Of a stretch of DNA of 64,000 nt, positions 37,005 through 51,889 are shown one piece after another; position 1 is the first letter of the stretch, and every line of letters starts with the position of its first letter. The notes beneath the pieces are model-generated. The model made no database searches. It saw only the letters and a list, made by a program, of their open reading frames with translations, and was not told the origin of the DNA. The stretch covers positions 43,648,001 to 43,712,000 of the forward strand of contig OZ024757.1 in the NCBI GenBank assembly GCA_964016885.1, read 5' to 3'. The position numbers and the translations under genes are program-made. The stretch is from Eledone cirrhosa. Its lineage: Eukaryota.

Positions 37005-38924
37005 ATGGTCACCCGGATAGTAAACCAAGTCATACAGAATGGGGTTGTTCTGAAGGACTGGCGTAGCAGCATCATCATTAACTGTTACAAGGGTAAAGGA
37101 GATGCCCTAGATAGGAGTAACTATAGAGGCATTAAATTAATCGACCAGGTCATGAAGGTCACGGAAAAAGTAATAGCGCAACTAATCAGAGAGAGAATTG
37201 ATCTAGATGAAATGCAGTTCGGGTTTGTGTCAGGTAAAAGTACCACAGACGCTCTTTTCATTGTACGACAACTACAGGAGAAGTACCTAGTTAAAAGTAA
37301 ACCCCTATACTTAGCTTTTGTTCACTTGGAGAAAGCCTTCGACAGAGTCCCCCGTTCCATTATCTGGTGGGCTCTTAGAAAACTAGGTGTTGAGGAATGG
37401 CTTGTGAGAGCTATACGAGCCATGTATAAAGAAACAGTCAGCAAGGTTAGAATTAACAACGAATATAGTGAAGAGTTTAGCGTAAAAGTTGGTGTTCATC
37501 AGGGCTCCGTCCTTAGCCCCCTACTATTTATTATTGCCCTTCAGGCTATAACAGTGGAGTTCAAGACCGGCTGCCCATGGGAACTCCTATACGCAGATGA
37601 TCTAACGCTCATAGCTGAATCAATGGCCGAGCTAGAGAAGAAATTCCAAACATGGAAGCAAGGCCTAGAATCAGAAGGCCTTAAAATTAACCTGGCTAAG
37701 ACTAAAGTTCTAGTTTGTAGGAAAGAAAATAAGGCGCCGGTCCCTTACGGGAAATGGCCATGCTCAGTGTGTAGGAAAGGCGTAGGTAGAAACTCCATTT
37801 TATGTCCCAAATGCAAAGTATGGGTTCATAAAAGATGTAGTGGGATCACAGGTAAGCTAACTAAGAACATAGATTTTACATGTGGCCGGTGCTCTGGTGC
37901 AATAAGTAGCAGCAAGTGCCCACAAAATACTAGCTCTTTCAATTGCGCAGAGGGTTCTATAGAAATAGTGGACAGCTTCCGTTACCTGGGTGACAAAATC
38001 AGCAGTGGGGGAGGGTGCTCTGAAAGTACAGTAGCTAGAGTCAGAACTGGATGGAAAAAGTTCAGAGAGCTTATACCACTATTAGCCGCTAAAGGGTTCT
38101 CCCTAAAAATGAAAGGCAGGTTGTATGATGCCTGCATATGAACAGCAATGTTGCATGGCAGTGAGACCTGGGCATTGTGTGCAGAGGATATACGCAGACT
38201 AGAGAGGAACGAAGCTTGCATGCTTCGCTGGATGTGTAATAGTAATATATGTGAACGGCAAAGCATAAACGAACTAAGGGAAAAATTAGAAATAAGAGGG
38301 ATCAGATGTTGTGTACTCGAGAGAAGACTACGTTGGTATGGTCCACGTGATGCGGATGAAAGACGACAGCTGTATAAAAAAAATGCAGGGCAATAAAGAT
38401 AGACGGTAGCCACGGAGTAGGCAGACCCAGAAAAACCTGGGACGACTTGATAAATTCCGACCTCACACACTTACACCTCTCCAAGACAATGTCACTGGAC
38501 CGAGATCTTTGGCGGTACTCAGTAATAGAGAAGACCCGCCTTACCTAGATACAAAGTAAAACCTACTACAGTCAGTAGGCACCTCTAACAAAATACACCC
38601 CCACCCCATCCACACCGCCCCTTTCAATGTAAAGTTATGTTGGTGCCACAACATCCAGGCCGAAACAAATGAGGTCGTGTAGGTGTCACGACAAAAAAAA
38701 AAAACACAGTCCACGCAGTAATGTGGCCGTGTAGGTAACACGGTAAAAACCTCTCAGTCCCACACTGTAAATGCGGTTGGTGTTAGGAAGGGCATCCAGC
38801 TGTAGAAAACCCGCCAGACAGTCCTATGCGAGCAAGACAACCACTCTTGCCTCAAGTGGGAAAATTCCCGTCCAAACCCATGCAAGCGTGGAATATGGAC
38901 GTTAAACGATGATGATGATGATGA

Positions 38925-38928
<4 letters not shown>
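37005..38928 (+). mobile_element. Truncated RTE LINE, unit 5
   Basis: ORF 36885-38141. Confidence 0.95.
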
Positions 38929-38955
<27 letters not shown>

Positions 38956-38958
<3 letters not shown>

Positions 38959-40080
38959 CTTTGACATTTCTTAGAAAAAAAATGAAAAAGTTTTGTGAGA
39001 ACCCCAATGTTTATTTATTTTATTTTATTTTTAAATAAAATTAATAACATTAATTTTATTTTGAAATTAGGTTTATAAATATTAATTATCAGCAGACCTT
39101 TGTAGCAGTCTTGGCGGCTTAGTGGGAAGTACCAGAGATGGTGAGGTCCTTGTCTGTAGGTTCAATCCTGGTCTGGGAGTTCGATCATTGCTGTAATGTG
39201 TCCTGTTAATCTTTTTTTAAATTTTCCTCAGAAAAAACTGAAAATCTTTGGTGAGAACCCCAATGTCTATTTATCTAATATAATTTAATTTATTTTATTT
39301 TATTTTACTTTAGTTAAATTGTCAAAACCACTGGTGATCTAAAGTTAGAGGAGACAGATAAAATAGACATATTGTCTCCTCAACCTTTAGATCTTCAGTG
39401 TTTTCGACAATTTAACTAAAATAAAAAATTAAATTCAATATAATTAAATAAATAGGGGTTCTCTTTTTCAAAGAGATATAGAAAGAAAATTATAAAAGAT
39501 TAACATGACACCTTACATGTATCTCATGGACCAGGATTGAACCTGAGTCCCCAATTCAACCCTCAGACCAGGATTGAACACCCAGAACAGGATCTCACCA
39601 TCTCTGGTACTTCCCACTAAGCTACCGAGACTGATACAAAGATGTACTGAAATTTAATATTTATAAACCTACTTTCAAAATAAAATTAAAAATAAAATAT
39701 ATATATATATATATTCCTTTGACATTTCTTAGAAAAAAGAACTGAAAAAGTTTTGTGAGAACGCCAATGTCTATTTATTTTATTTTATTTTTAATTAAAT
39801 TAGTTATATTTTGAAAGTAGGTTTATAAATATTAATTTTCAATAGACCTTTGTAGCAGTCTTGGTGGCTTAGTGGGAAGTACCAGAGATGGTGAGATCCT
39901 TGTCTGTAAGTTCAATTCTTGCTTGGAGACATGTCTAATGTGTCCTATTAATCTTTTTTTAATTTTCCTTTTACATCTCTTAGAAATAACTGAAAATCTT
40001 TGGTGAGAACCCCAATGTCTATTTATCTAATATAATTAATTTAATTTAATTTAATTTAATTTTTATTTTAGTGAAACCAC
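38956..40080. mobile_element. Foldback element, unit 5
   Basis: As 19290-20414. Confidence 0.8.
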
Positions 40081-40523
40081 TGTTGTATTCAAGAGACCAG
40101 GTGGAGGGGTGGGTCTGCTAGATTCATCGTGGGTAAAGAACGGTGCTATGAACTTTTCTGGGTGGGAAATGACAATGGGCTGGGTATACACATACCACCC
40201 CACCACCCCACCGTAAAGTGGTCGTGGAGGCGCCACGGCAAAAAAGCACCCAGCCCGCTCTGTAAAGCTGACGTGGAGGTGCCACGTAAAAAAGAAAAGC
40301 ACCCAGCACTCACTGCAAACTGGGTTGGCGTCAGGAAGGGCACCCAGCTGTAGAAACCAATCCAGAATCAGCTCCCACCCCACCCTTGCAAGCATGGAAA
40401 AGCGGACGTATGATGAAGTTGATATATATATATATATATATTAGTATATATATACACATACATATGTACACATATACACATACATATATATATATATATA
40501 CACACACATATATATCAGTGTAC

Positions 40524-40558
<35 letters not shown>

Positions 40559-41191
40559 AATGAATATTTATTCAATTTAAAGCGCCAATTATCTATATAT
40601 AACAAGATATGAATTTTTCTAGGGATGGGGAAATTTTCAGTTTGTTTTTATATTTTCACTTCATTTTTTACTTTCTATTTAATACAGTCTTTGATCCAAT
40701 ATAATCCTGACAGTATTTGAACCAGTTTACCTCATATATATGTATGCACACACAACACTCAAGTTTCGCCATCTACTGCTATTTCATTCATATTTATTGT
40801 TTAATTAACTCTGGTCTAATTCATCAACTATTGTTAATTATATTATTACGTAGATTTCTTATAAAATCTAGTGCATATATACGTGTATATATACAGGGAG
40901 ACACTGTGTAATAGATGTAAAGAGAGTTATAGAAGTAAAGAGAGGGGGAGAAATAAGCGGTAGATAGAGCAATAGATGTAAAGAGAGGGTTAGAACGTTC
41001 AACTTGACAGTCAGTACATATGCCAACTACCCAACCGGCCAGCCAGCCGTATTTGCGGTTGACTGGCCAGTTGGGCGGTTGGTATGTGGAACGTTCAACT
41101 ATGCAGTCAGTACCAAAGTTCAACATTGTAGCCAGTGCATATGCCGATCGCCGCGACCTCTTTGCTCTATTTAAATGACCTGGAACTAAGT

Positions 41192-41304
41192 AAAAAGAGT
41201 AGGAGATAACTCGACAAGAGCGGAGAGGGTGAGATTCGAACCATGTAAAGTCGTTGGCTCCTGAACTTCGTAAGCGGGGCTGCTACTGACTGAGCAACGC
41301 CGGC
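41192..41304 (-). ncRNA. tRNA-derived Pol III cassette, copy 6
   Basis: As copy 4. Confidence 0.45.
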
Positions 41305-42084
41305 AGCAAGGCAAATCGCGCATAAAATAACGCTTATATCGAGAAAATAAAACAAAAATTTCAATGTTGCACTTTTGTTTGTTGTTCTTTTATTTTACGT
41401 AAACATTTCGCTGCTCTAGCCTCTTATTTCCTATTAGATTACACTTAATTCCATTAAACATTCATTCTTAGTCTCGTGGTAAACTATTTCATCTATATTT
41501 ATATCGCTGTTACAGCCTTTTATTTCTACATCTATCACCTATAGCCACTGTTACGCCGGTAGTATAAGTAGCTTTATAACAAGAAACGATGATATAACTC
41601 CACAAAATGTCTTCTTCAGCAAGACACTTCACTTCATATTGCTCCAGTACACCGAGTTACACATAGACAGATACATACATACATACACAGATAGAAATGA
41701 GAGGTAGATAGAGTAAAAGATTTAAAGAGAGTGTGAGAAGTACGAGTTAGATAGTGTAAAAGATTTAAAGAGAGGGTGAGAGTGTGACACACATTTATCT
41801 GTCTATCTCTCTCTATTTTAACACCGGTCGTTATAATTAGTTTTATAACACCGCTATATTACCGACATGAAAGAGGTAAATAATTATTTCTTAAATGTTT
41901 AGAACATGTTTCTCTTGTCTTCTTAAATGTATAGAACATGTTTCTTATTTATATTCTTAACATAGCTAGGACCTTATCTCATTTACTGGTCTCTACTTTT
42001 AGGGCTTTGCTGGTCCCATGTGCCCTCCATGAAGACACACTCGCCCCTTCTCTCTCAGTCTCCGTACTAATTACTACACATACG

Positions 42085-44333
42085 TATATATATTTATTTT
42101 AAGAAACCTTAATGACAAATAATATAAAGTGTTTGTAAAGTGGGGAAGAGTAGTTTTACGGTGGGGTTGTTATATAGATATCGTTTTTGCAGTGGGGTCG
42201 TGACTGGCGTATAATAATGAGTCACTGTTGATGTATATACAAATCATATTTTGGATATAAGTGAAGTTATTTAAGAGATTTAGTTGTTTTGTATACATTC
42301 CAGTTGTTGTCTCCCTGTTTCTTCTTCAACAACTATAACGGTACGCGATGGGGCCCACCCACAGCCCCGGCGGACAGAATGGAGAAGGCGTTTCCCCGGA
42401 GCACGGCAAGGGAGACGCGCTGGAAAAGCCACTCCAACTCGCGGGGCTCACACCTGCGACTGGCCAGCTCAGCGCCTATGGTGGTGAGTAAGGAGGTAGC
42501 CCTGGGGTCGAGGACACCAGAAGTCTCCACTTCCAGGGGTACGACCGCAAACCTGTCGGAGAGTGAACGATATGTGAGGAGTTTGGCCCTCTCAGCCTGA
42601 CGTGCAGCAGAACCTGGGCCAGTCGCAGACTGCACCAGGTTGCGGCTGCAGAAAGTGTCGGTGCAAGTGGCATCCCAGACGAGGGGTTTGCCACCGCGGA
42701 ACGGGAAGATGGTCATGCCATCTGGCCTTTTGCCGTCCCCTGGAGCTGGGAAGGGAAGCCTGCAGCGTCCAAGCCATGCTTAATGATTTCGTTGAGGGCA
42801 GCATGGCGTGGATTGCGGCTGGCACTGTGGCGACAGGAAAGCGGGTGGAGGCCGAAAGAGTCCATGGTGGAACGGCAGCGACATTGGTGTGAGGCCGAGC
42901 CTCAGGGAAACGCCGATGCGCAAGCTATGGTTGTCTAGCTGCGTGCGAGTGGAGAAGGAGGGCAGGGCATGGAGCCAGGCCCCACTGTGGGGTTTGGAGG
43001 CCGCACGAAAACAAACAAGGCGGTGCTGGTCGAGCTGGCACGTGAGCCTGTCTGAGGCCAGGCTGCACTGGATGGCATCCCAAGTGTGTTGGGGGGACTT
43101 GACGTCAACAGGGGGAGAAGGAGGAGGAACGTCTACTGGGCTAAGTCCCAGCCGGTGCCACGTCTCACAGGCGGCCACGCGTTCTCTGAACACAGAGGGT
43201 TCTGTTGTGTTTTGAAGAACCCTGCTGAGGTGGACGTGGTACGAGGTTACCGACGAAAGATACGCCGGCAAAGCTAGTGAGATCGGGGACTGGAGGCGAA
43301 GGTCGCCATACCTGATAGGTAAAGTTGCATATCTCATCGGCTGCTGCTCGGATACAAGTCTGGGTGTAGCACAGAGTGTATAGAGGAGCTTCGGCATGGC
43401 GTAGCAGTTCCTCAGCAGAAAGAGAACTGGGTGGCCATCAATCAAGCCCAGTCGGCTCGTGAGAGTCTGAACTTGATGGTGGAGCGGATGGCCGGCGGGT
43501 GGATCGGTGAGGGCATCCTCTTTGGGGGTCACCTGAACCTGGCGGAGAATGGACCGCACGTCCAAGACGGAGACTGCAAAGCTTGCAGCATCGAGGCTGA
43601 CATTCACCACCTCCGACTTGGCTGAGTTGACCTGGAGGTCGATTCCCGCCAGGGCAGGAACCACCGATTGAAGGTCATGGCAGACCGCCTGTACGGGCCC
43701 ACCCAAAGTAGCATCATCCAGATACCAAACGTTGAGAGGGGCCGTTATACTCCGGGCGATGTGGTCAATACCAAGGGTGAACAGGAGGGGTCCCAAAGGG
43801 TTGCCCTGTTGGATCCCAGTAGCCAAGGGTATGACCGTATCAGCAGCATGGCGCATGCTTGGGGCTCCATATGACAGGTAGGCAGAGGGGGCTCGGCTGA
43901 GGCAGGCCTCGAGCAGATGATCCCAGCGTAAAGAGTTGAAGGCATTCCTCATGTCAAACTTGACAATGAGGTGGCTGGAGTCCCTGGATGCCGGTTCCGA
44001 GTGTTACGGACTTGCAGGTTACTTTGGCAGCCAGCCTCCGGAAGACATTGCCCACAGCAATGGGGCGTATGCCACCCTCTTTCTTCCTGAGAGCGGTGAA
44101 GCTGGCCGAAAAAAAGAGGCCTCGAGCATAAGAGTCCAGGGCGCCATGGATGAGCCTATTGGTGAGCGCCACAATTGCACTCAGAAGGCGGCGCCCGGCC
44201 TCAGCGGAGAGGGGAGATATCAACTCCTTGAGGAGGCCTGGTCAGAGACCATCAACATCTCCGCAGCTGCTAGCTGGGAAGGACCTGATGGCGGACATGA
44301 TGTCTGCATCAGAAGCCACAAGGAGCAAGTGTG
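42085..44333 (-). mobile_element. CRE-clade retrotransposon relic, copy 6
   Basis: 390-aa RT ORF at 42780-43952; endonuclease ORF at 42333-42716. Confidence 0.92.
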
Positions 44334-45266
44334 GATTACAATACAAAACCTCTGAGAATGATTTCTAAGATATTTCACCATAGTTAATTTTCATCAATAT
44401 ATATTAATATTATTATTGTTTATTAGGTCAGGTGGATTGGCCAGAACAATTCTACTCTTCTTTTTTAGATGTCACGATTTTTCATGGCATTCCTGAGATC
44501 ATTAATCTCCAGCTGGAGATCCAGAGACATCTGATGTATGTAGGTGAACCTCAGTCATCCCACTTGGCTCTTACTATGTTTAGGTATCCACCACAGGAGC
44601 CAGCTCATCAGGTCATCCTACTCTCAGCAGCAATGTCCAGCATCTATTGATTTCCGCTCCCTAGTTATTGTGGTAATCTTCGATATCTGGGAATATATTT
44701 CTTCTGCTTAAGGGAGTAATAAATATATAGTTTAAAAAAAAACATATATATACACACACATATATATATGTTGTCATTTATAAGAGTTCTCTATCAAAAG
44801 CCTTCTCTATGTCCAAAGCTAAGTATAGTGGCTTATTTTTCTCTAAGAACCTCTTTTGTAGTTGTCTCACTAAGAAGAGGGCATCTGTTGCACTTTTCAG
44901 CGGCTTAATTAATTAATGAGGTTTAATTAATGAGGAATTTTGAGGTATTTATAACAATTATTAATTATTTCATTACTGAGATATCATTTGAAGGACTTAC
45001 TAATGTTTTTATTTATTAATTATTTTATTAGTAACTTAACATGTGGTTCTTGTATAAAATTATGTTGGAAGATTTTAGGAAGATGCTATGTAGCCGGTCG
45101 CGGTAAAATAGACGCCCAGGCTATGTAGCCGGTAAGAGTGTCAGACTCCATGTGTTGCGGCCCTTTATGGTCTGAGTTAAGACAATTTAAAATCTTTTCC
45201 ACCATCAATTGTTAAAAAACAAGTTAAAATCATTTTGTCGTCCATTTGTAACGTACGTTACACTTT

Positions 45267-46003
45267 AGTTACATACACATATACTATGTTACATACACAC
45301 ATCTACTGTGTTACATACACACACATCAACTGGGTTATATACACACACATCTACTGCGTTACATACACATCTACTGTGTTACACACACATCTACTGTGTT
45401 ACATACACACACATCTACTGAGTTACATACACACACATCTACTGTGTTACATACACACACATCTTCTGTGTTACATACACACATCTACTATGTTACATAC
45501 ACACATCTACTGTGTTACATACACACACCTGTGTTACATACACACACATCTACTGAGTTACATACACACAGATCTACTGTGTTACATACACACACATCTA
45601 CTGTGTTACACACATCTTCTATGTTACATACACACAATCTACTGTGTTACATACACACATCTACTGAGTTACATACACACACATCTACTGAGTTACATAC
45701 ACACACATGTACTGTGTTACATACACACATCTACTGTGTTACATACATACACATCTACTGTGTTACATACATACACATCTACTGTTACATACACACATCT
45801 ACCGTGCTACACACACACATCTACCGTGTTACACACACACATCTACCGTGTTACACACACACATCTACCGTGTTACACACACACATCTACTGAGTTACAT
45901 ACACATATACTGAGTTACATGCAAACACACATCTACTCTGTTACATATACACATCTACTGTGTTACATACACATCTACTGTGATACACACACACACATCT
46001 ACT
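45267..46003. repeat. Minisatellite, unit 6
   Basis: As 15769-16505. Confidence 0.95.
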
Positions 46004-46830
46004 CATACATATTCATAAATAGACACACATTATACAAATAATTATTACATACACACACATCTCTGTAATAATTCAGGAAGGAAGGGGCTGGTGAAACGCT
46101 ATAGCAATGTGTGTGTGTTGTGTACCTTTCAGGTTTACCGGTTTCGTAGCCTATTTGAAGATTTTATTATAATTATGAACCTTATAATTCAATTAATTAT
46201 GAATAATTTTGAGCTATTTATCACAATTGTTAGTTAATTACTAACATAGTAACTTACCATATGGTTGTTATATAGAATTTTGTTGGAAGACTTTAATTTA
46301 GATAGGAACCATTTCCATAGTACGAGAACTAATTTTGGCTGGGTTTCTACCAAAAGGGTTAATGAAGAATTTTGAACAATTTACTAAAATTATTAATTAT
46401 TTCATTACTAAGATAATGTGTGAATACACAATTATATGTGTGTATATATATATAAACAGTATATATATATATAGTATATATATATATAAACAGTATATAT
46501 ATATATAGTATATATATATATAAACAGTATATATATAGTATACAAAAGATGTAGTGGGATAGTGTGTAGTCTTAAGACAAGTCTGTCCAGATAGCTGCGC
46601 TGTAACTTACACTTATTGGGACTGTGTGTTGGCAAGCAGGCCTGTATTTTGGGATCTAGCTGGTCCATTATGAGGGAGGTCTGGTTAGTTGGCAGCACCA
46701 TGCCTTACTTGTGGTATATGTATGTATAGAAATAAGTTATTGTATATGCATAACTGTCCATCTATATGTATACATGTATGTTTACTTATATCTTTGCATA
46801 CATATATACATTTTCAGATGTATACACGTA

Positions 46831-48750
46831 ATGGTCACCCGGATAGTAAACCAAGTCATACAGAATGGGGTTGTTCTGAAGGACTGGCGTAGCAGCATCA
46901 TCATTAACTGTTACAAGGGTAAAGGAGATGCCCTAGATAGGAGTAACTATAGAGGCATTAAATTAATCGACCAGGTCATGAAGGTCACGGAAAAAGTAAT
47001 AGCGCAACTAATCAGAGAGAGAATTGATCTAGATGAAATGCAGTTCGGGTTTGTGTCAGGTAAAAGTACCACAGACGCTCTTTTCATTGTACGACAACTA
47101 CAGGAGAAGTACCTAGTTAAAAGTAAACCCCTATACTTAGCTTTTGTTCACTTGGAGAAAGCCTTCGACAGAGTCCCCCGTTCCATTATCTGGTGGGCTC
47201 TTAGAAAACTAGGTGTTGAGGAATGGCTTGTGAGAGCTATACGAGCCATGTATAAAGAAACAGTCAGCAAGGTTAGAATTAACAACGAATATAGTGAAGA
47301 GTTTAGCGTAAAAGTTGGTGTTCATCAGGGCTCCGTCCTTAGCCCCCTACTATTTATTATTGCCCTTCAGGCTATAACAGTGGAGTTCAAGACCGGCTGC
47401 CCATGGGAACTCCTATACGCAGATGATCTAACGCTCATAGCTGAATCAATGGCCGAGCTAGAGAAGAAATTCCAAACATGGAAGCAAGGCCTAGAATCAG
47501 AAGGCCTTAAAATTAACCTGGCTAAGACTAAAGTTCTAGTTTGTAGGAAAGAAAATAAGGCGCCGGTCCCTTACGGGAAATGGCCATGCTCAGTGTGTAG
47601 GAAAGGCGTAGGTAGAAACTCCATTTTATGTCCCAAATGCAAAGTATGGGTTCATAAAAGATGTAGTGGGATCACAGGTAAGCTAACTAAGAACATAGAT
47701 TTTACATGTGGCCGGTGCTCTGGTGCAATAAGTAGCAGCAAGTGCCCACAAAATACTAGCTCTTTCAATTGCGCAGAGGGTTCTATAGAAATAGTGGACA
47801 GCTTCCGTTACCTGGGTGACAAAATCAGCAGTGGGGGAGGGTGCTCTGAAAGTACAGTAGCTAGAGTCAGAACTGGATGGAAAAAGTTCAGAGAGCTTAT
47901 ACCACTATTAGCCGCTAAAGGGTTCTCCCTAAAAATGAAAGGCAGGTTGTATGATGCCTGCATATGAACAGCAATGTTGCATGGCAGTGAGACCTGGGCA
48001 TTGTGTGCAGAGGATATACGCAGACTAGAGAGGAACGAAGCTTGCATGCTTCGCTGGATGTGTAATAGTAATATATGTGAACGGCAAAGCATAAACGAAC
48101 TAAGGGAAAAATTAGAAATAAGAGGGATCAGATGTTGTGTACTCGAGAGAAGACTACGTTGGTATGGTCCACGTGATGCGGATGAAAGACGACAGCTGTA
48201 TAAAAAAAATGCAGGGCAATAAAGATAGACGGTAGCCACGGAGTAGGCAGACCCAGAAAAACCTGGGACGACTTGATAAATTCCGACCTCACACACTTAC
48301 ACCTCTCCAAGACAATGTCACTGGACCGAGATCTTTGGCGGTACTCAGTAATAGAGAAGACCCGCCTTACCTAGATACAAAGTAAAACCTACTACAGTCA
48401 GTAGGCACCTCTAACAAAATACACCCCCACCCCATCCACACCGCCCCTTTCAATGTAAAGTTATGTTGGTGCCACAACATCCAGGCCGAAACAAATGAGG
48501 TCGTGTAGGTGTCACGACAAAAAAAAAAAACACAGTCCACGCAGTAATGTGGCCGTGTAGGTAACACGGTAAAAACCTCTCAGTCCCACACTGTAAATGC
48601 GGTTGGTGTTAGGAAGGGCATCCAGCTGTAGAAAACCCGCCAGACAGTCCTATGCGAGCAAGACAACCACTCTTGCCTCAAGTGGGAAAATTCCCGTCCA
48701 AACCCATGCAAGCGTGGAATATGGACGTTAAACGATGATGATGATGATGA

Positions 48751-48754
<4 letters not shown>
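46831..48754 (+). mobile_element. Truncated RTE LINE, unit 6
   Basis: ORF 46711-47967. Confidence 0.95.
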
Positions 48755-48781
<27 letters not shown>

Positions 48782-48784
<3 letters not shown>

Positions 48785-49906
48785 CTTTGACATTTCTTAG
48801 AAAAAAAATGAAAAAGTTTTGTGAGAACCCCAATGTTTATTTATTTTATTTTATTTTTAAATAAAATTAATAACATTAATTTTATTTTGAAATTAGGTTT
48901 ATAAATATTAATTATCAGCAGACCTTTGTAGCAGTCTTGGCGGCTTAGTGGGAAGTACCAGAGATGGTGAGGTCCTTGTCTGTAGGTTCAATCCTGGTCT
49001 GGGAGTTCGATCATTGCTGTAATGTGTCCTGTTAATCTTTTTTTAAATTTTCCTCAGAAAAAACTGAAAATCTTTGGTGAGAACCCCAATGTCTATTTAT
49101 CTAATATAATTTAATTTATTTTATTTTATTTTACTTTAGTTAAATTGTCAAAACCACTGGTGATCTAAAGTTAGAGGAGACAGATAAAATAGACATATTG
49201 TCTCCTCAACCTTTAGATCTTCAGTGTTTTCGACAATTTAACTAAAATAAAAAATTAAATTCAATATAATTAAATAAATAGGGGTTCTCTTTTTCAAAGA
49301 GATATAGAAAGAAAATTATAAAAGATTAACATGACACCTTACATGTATCTCATGGACCAGGATTGAACCTGAGTCCCCAATTCAACCCTCAGACCAGGAT
49401 TGAACACCCAGAACAGGATCTCACCATCTCTGGTACTTCCCACTAAGCTACCGAGACTGATACAAAGATGTACTGAAATTTAATATTTATAAACCTACTT
49501 TCAAAATAAAATTAAAAATAAAATATATATATATATATATTCCTTTGACATTTCTTAGAAAAAAGAACTGAAAAAGTTTTGTGAGAACGCCAATGTCTAT
49601 TTATTTTATTTTATTTTTAATTAAATTAGTTATATTTTGAAAGTAGGTTTATAAATATTAATTTTCAATAGACCTTTGTAGCAGTCTTGGTGGCTTAGTG
49701 GGAAGTACCAGAGATGGTGAGATCCTTGTCTGTAAGTTCAATTCTTGCTTGGAGACATGTCTAATGTGTCCTATTAATCTTTTTTTAATTTTCCTTTTAC
49801 ATCTCTTAGAAATAACTGAAAATCTTTGGTGAGAACCCCAATGTCTATTTATCTAATATAATTAATTTAATTTAATTTAATTTAATTTTTATTTTAGTGA
49901 AACCAC
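48782..49906. mobile_element. Foldback element, unit 6
   Basis: As 19290-20414. Confidence 0.8.
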
Positions 49907-50349
49907 TGTTGTATTCAAGAGACCAGGTGGAGGGGTGGGTCTGCTAGATTCATCGTGGGTAAAGAACGGTGCTATGAACTTTTCTGGGTGGGAAATGACA
50001 ATGGGCTGGGTATACACATACCACCCCACCACCCCACCGTAAAGTGGTCGTGGAGGCGCCACGGCAAAAAAGCACCCAGCCCGCTCTGTAAAGCTGACGT
50101 GGAGGTGCCACGTAAAAAAGAAAAGCACCCAGCACTCACTGCAAACTGGGTTGGCGTCAGGAAGGGCACCCAGCTGTAGAAACCAATCCAGAATCAGCTC
50201 CCACCCCACCCTTGCAAGCATGGAAAAGCGGACGTATGATGAAGTTGATATATATATATATATATATTAGTATATATATACACATACATATGTACACATA
50301 TACACATACATATATATATATATATACACACACATATATATCAGTGTAC

Positions 50350-50384
<35 letters not shown>

Positions 50385-51029
50385 AATGAATATTTATTCA
50401 ATTTAAAGCGCCAATTATCTATATATAACAAGATATGAATTTTTCTAGGGATGGGGAAATTTTCAGTTTGTTTTTATATTTTCACTTCATTTTTTACTTT
50501 CTATTTAATACAGTCTTTGATCCAATATAATCCTGACAGTATTTGAACCAGTTTACCTCATATATATGTATGCACACACAACACTCAAGTTTCGCCATCT
50601 ACTGCTATTTCATTCATATTTATTGTTTAATTAACTCTGGTCTAATTCATCAACTATTGTTAATTATATTATTACGTAGATTTCTTATAAAATCTAGTGC
50701 ATATATACGTGTATATATACAGGGAGACACTGTGTAATAGATGTAAAGAGAGTGGGAGATAGAGTTATAGAAGTAAAGAGAGGGAGAGAAATAAGCGGTA
50801 GATAGAGCAATAGATGTAAAGAGAGGGTTAGAACGTTCAACTTGACAGTCAGTACATATGCCAACTACCCAACCGGCCAGCCAGCCGTATTTGCGGTTGA
50901 CTGGCCAGTTGGGCGGTTGGTATGTGGAACGTTCAACTATGCAGTCAGTACCAAAGTTCAACATTGTAGCCAGTGCATATGCCGATCGCCGCGACCTCTT
51001 TGCTCTATTTAAATGACCTGGAACTAAGT

Positions 51030-51142
51030 AAAAAGAGTAGGAGATAACTCGACAAGAGCGGAGAGGGTGAGATTCGAACCATGTAAAGTCGTTGGCTCCT
51101 GAACTTCGTAAGCGGGGCTGCTACTGACTGAGCAACGCCGGC
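51030..51142 (-). ncRNA. tRNA-derived Pol III cassette, copy 7
   Basis: As copy 4. Confidence 0.45.
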
Positions 51143-51889
51143 AGCAAGGCAAATCGCGCATAAAATAACGCTTATATCGAGAAAATAAAACAAAAATTTC
51201 AATGTTGCACTTTTGTTTGTTGTTCTTTTATTTTACGTAAACATTTCGCTGCTCTAGCCTCTTATTTCCTATTAGATTACACTTAATTCCATTAAACATT
51301 CATTCTTAGTCTCGTGGTAAACTATTTCATCTATATTTATATCGCTGTTACAGCCTTTTATTTCTACATCTATCACCTATAGCCACTGTTACGCCGGTAG
51401 TATAAGTAGCTTTATAACAAGAAACGATGATATAACTCCACAAAATGTCTTCTTGAGCAAGACACTTCACCTCATATTGCTCCAGTACACCGAGTTACAC
51501 ATAGACAGATACATACATACACATATATATGTACACAGATAGAAATAAGAGGGAGATAGAGTAAAAGATGTAAAGAGAGGGTGAGAGTGTGACACACATT
51601 TATCTGTCTATCTCTCTCTATTTTAACACCGGTCGTTATAATTAGTTTTATAACACCGCTATATTACCGACATGAAAGAGGTAAATAATTATTTCTTAAA
51701 TGTTTAGAACATGTTTCTCTTGTCTTCTTAAATGTATAGAACATGTTTCTTATTTATATTCTTAACATAGCTAGGACCTTATCTCATTTACTGGTCTCTA
51801 CTTTTAGGGCTTTGCTGGTCCCATGTGCCCTCCATGAAGACACACTCGCCCCTTCTCTCTCAGTCTCCGTACTAATTACTACACATACG

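Larger units (their letters stand above)
31361..41186. repeat. Array unit 5 (type B, 9826 bp)
   Basis: Anchor to anchor. Confidence 0.95.
41187..51024. repeat. Array unit 6 (type B, 9838 bp)
   Basis: Anchor to anchor. Confidence 0.95.
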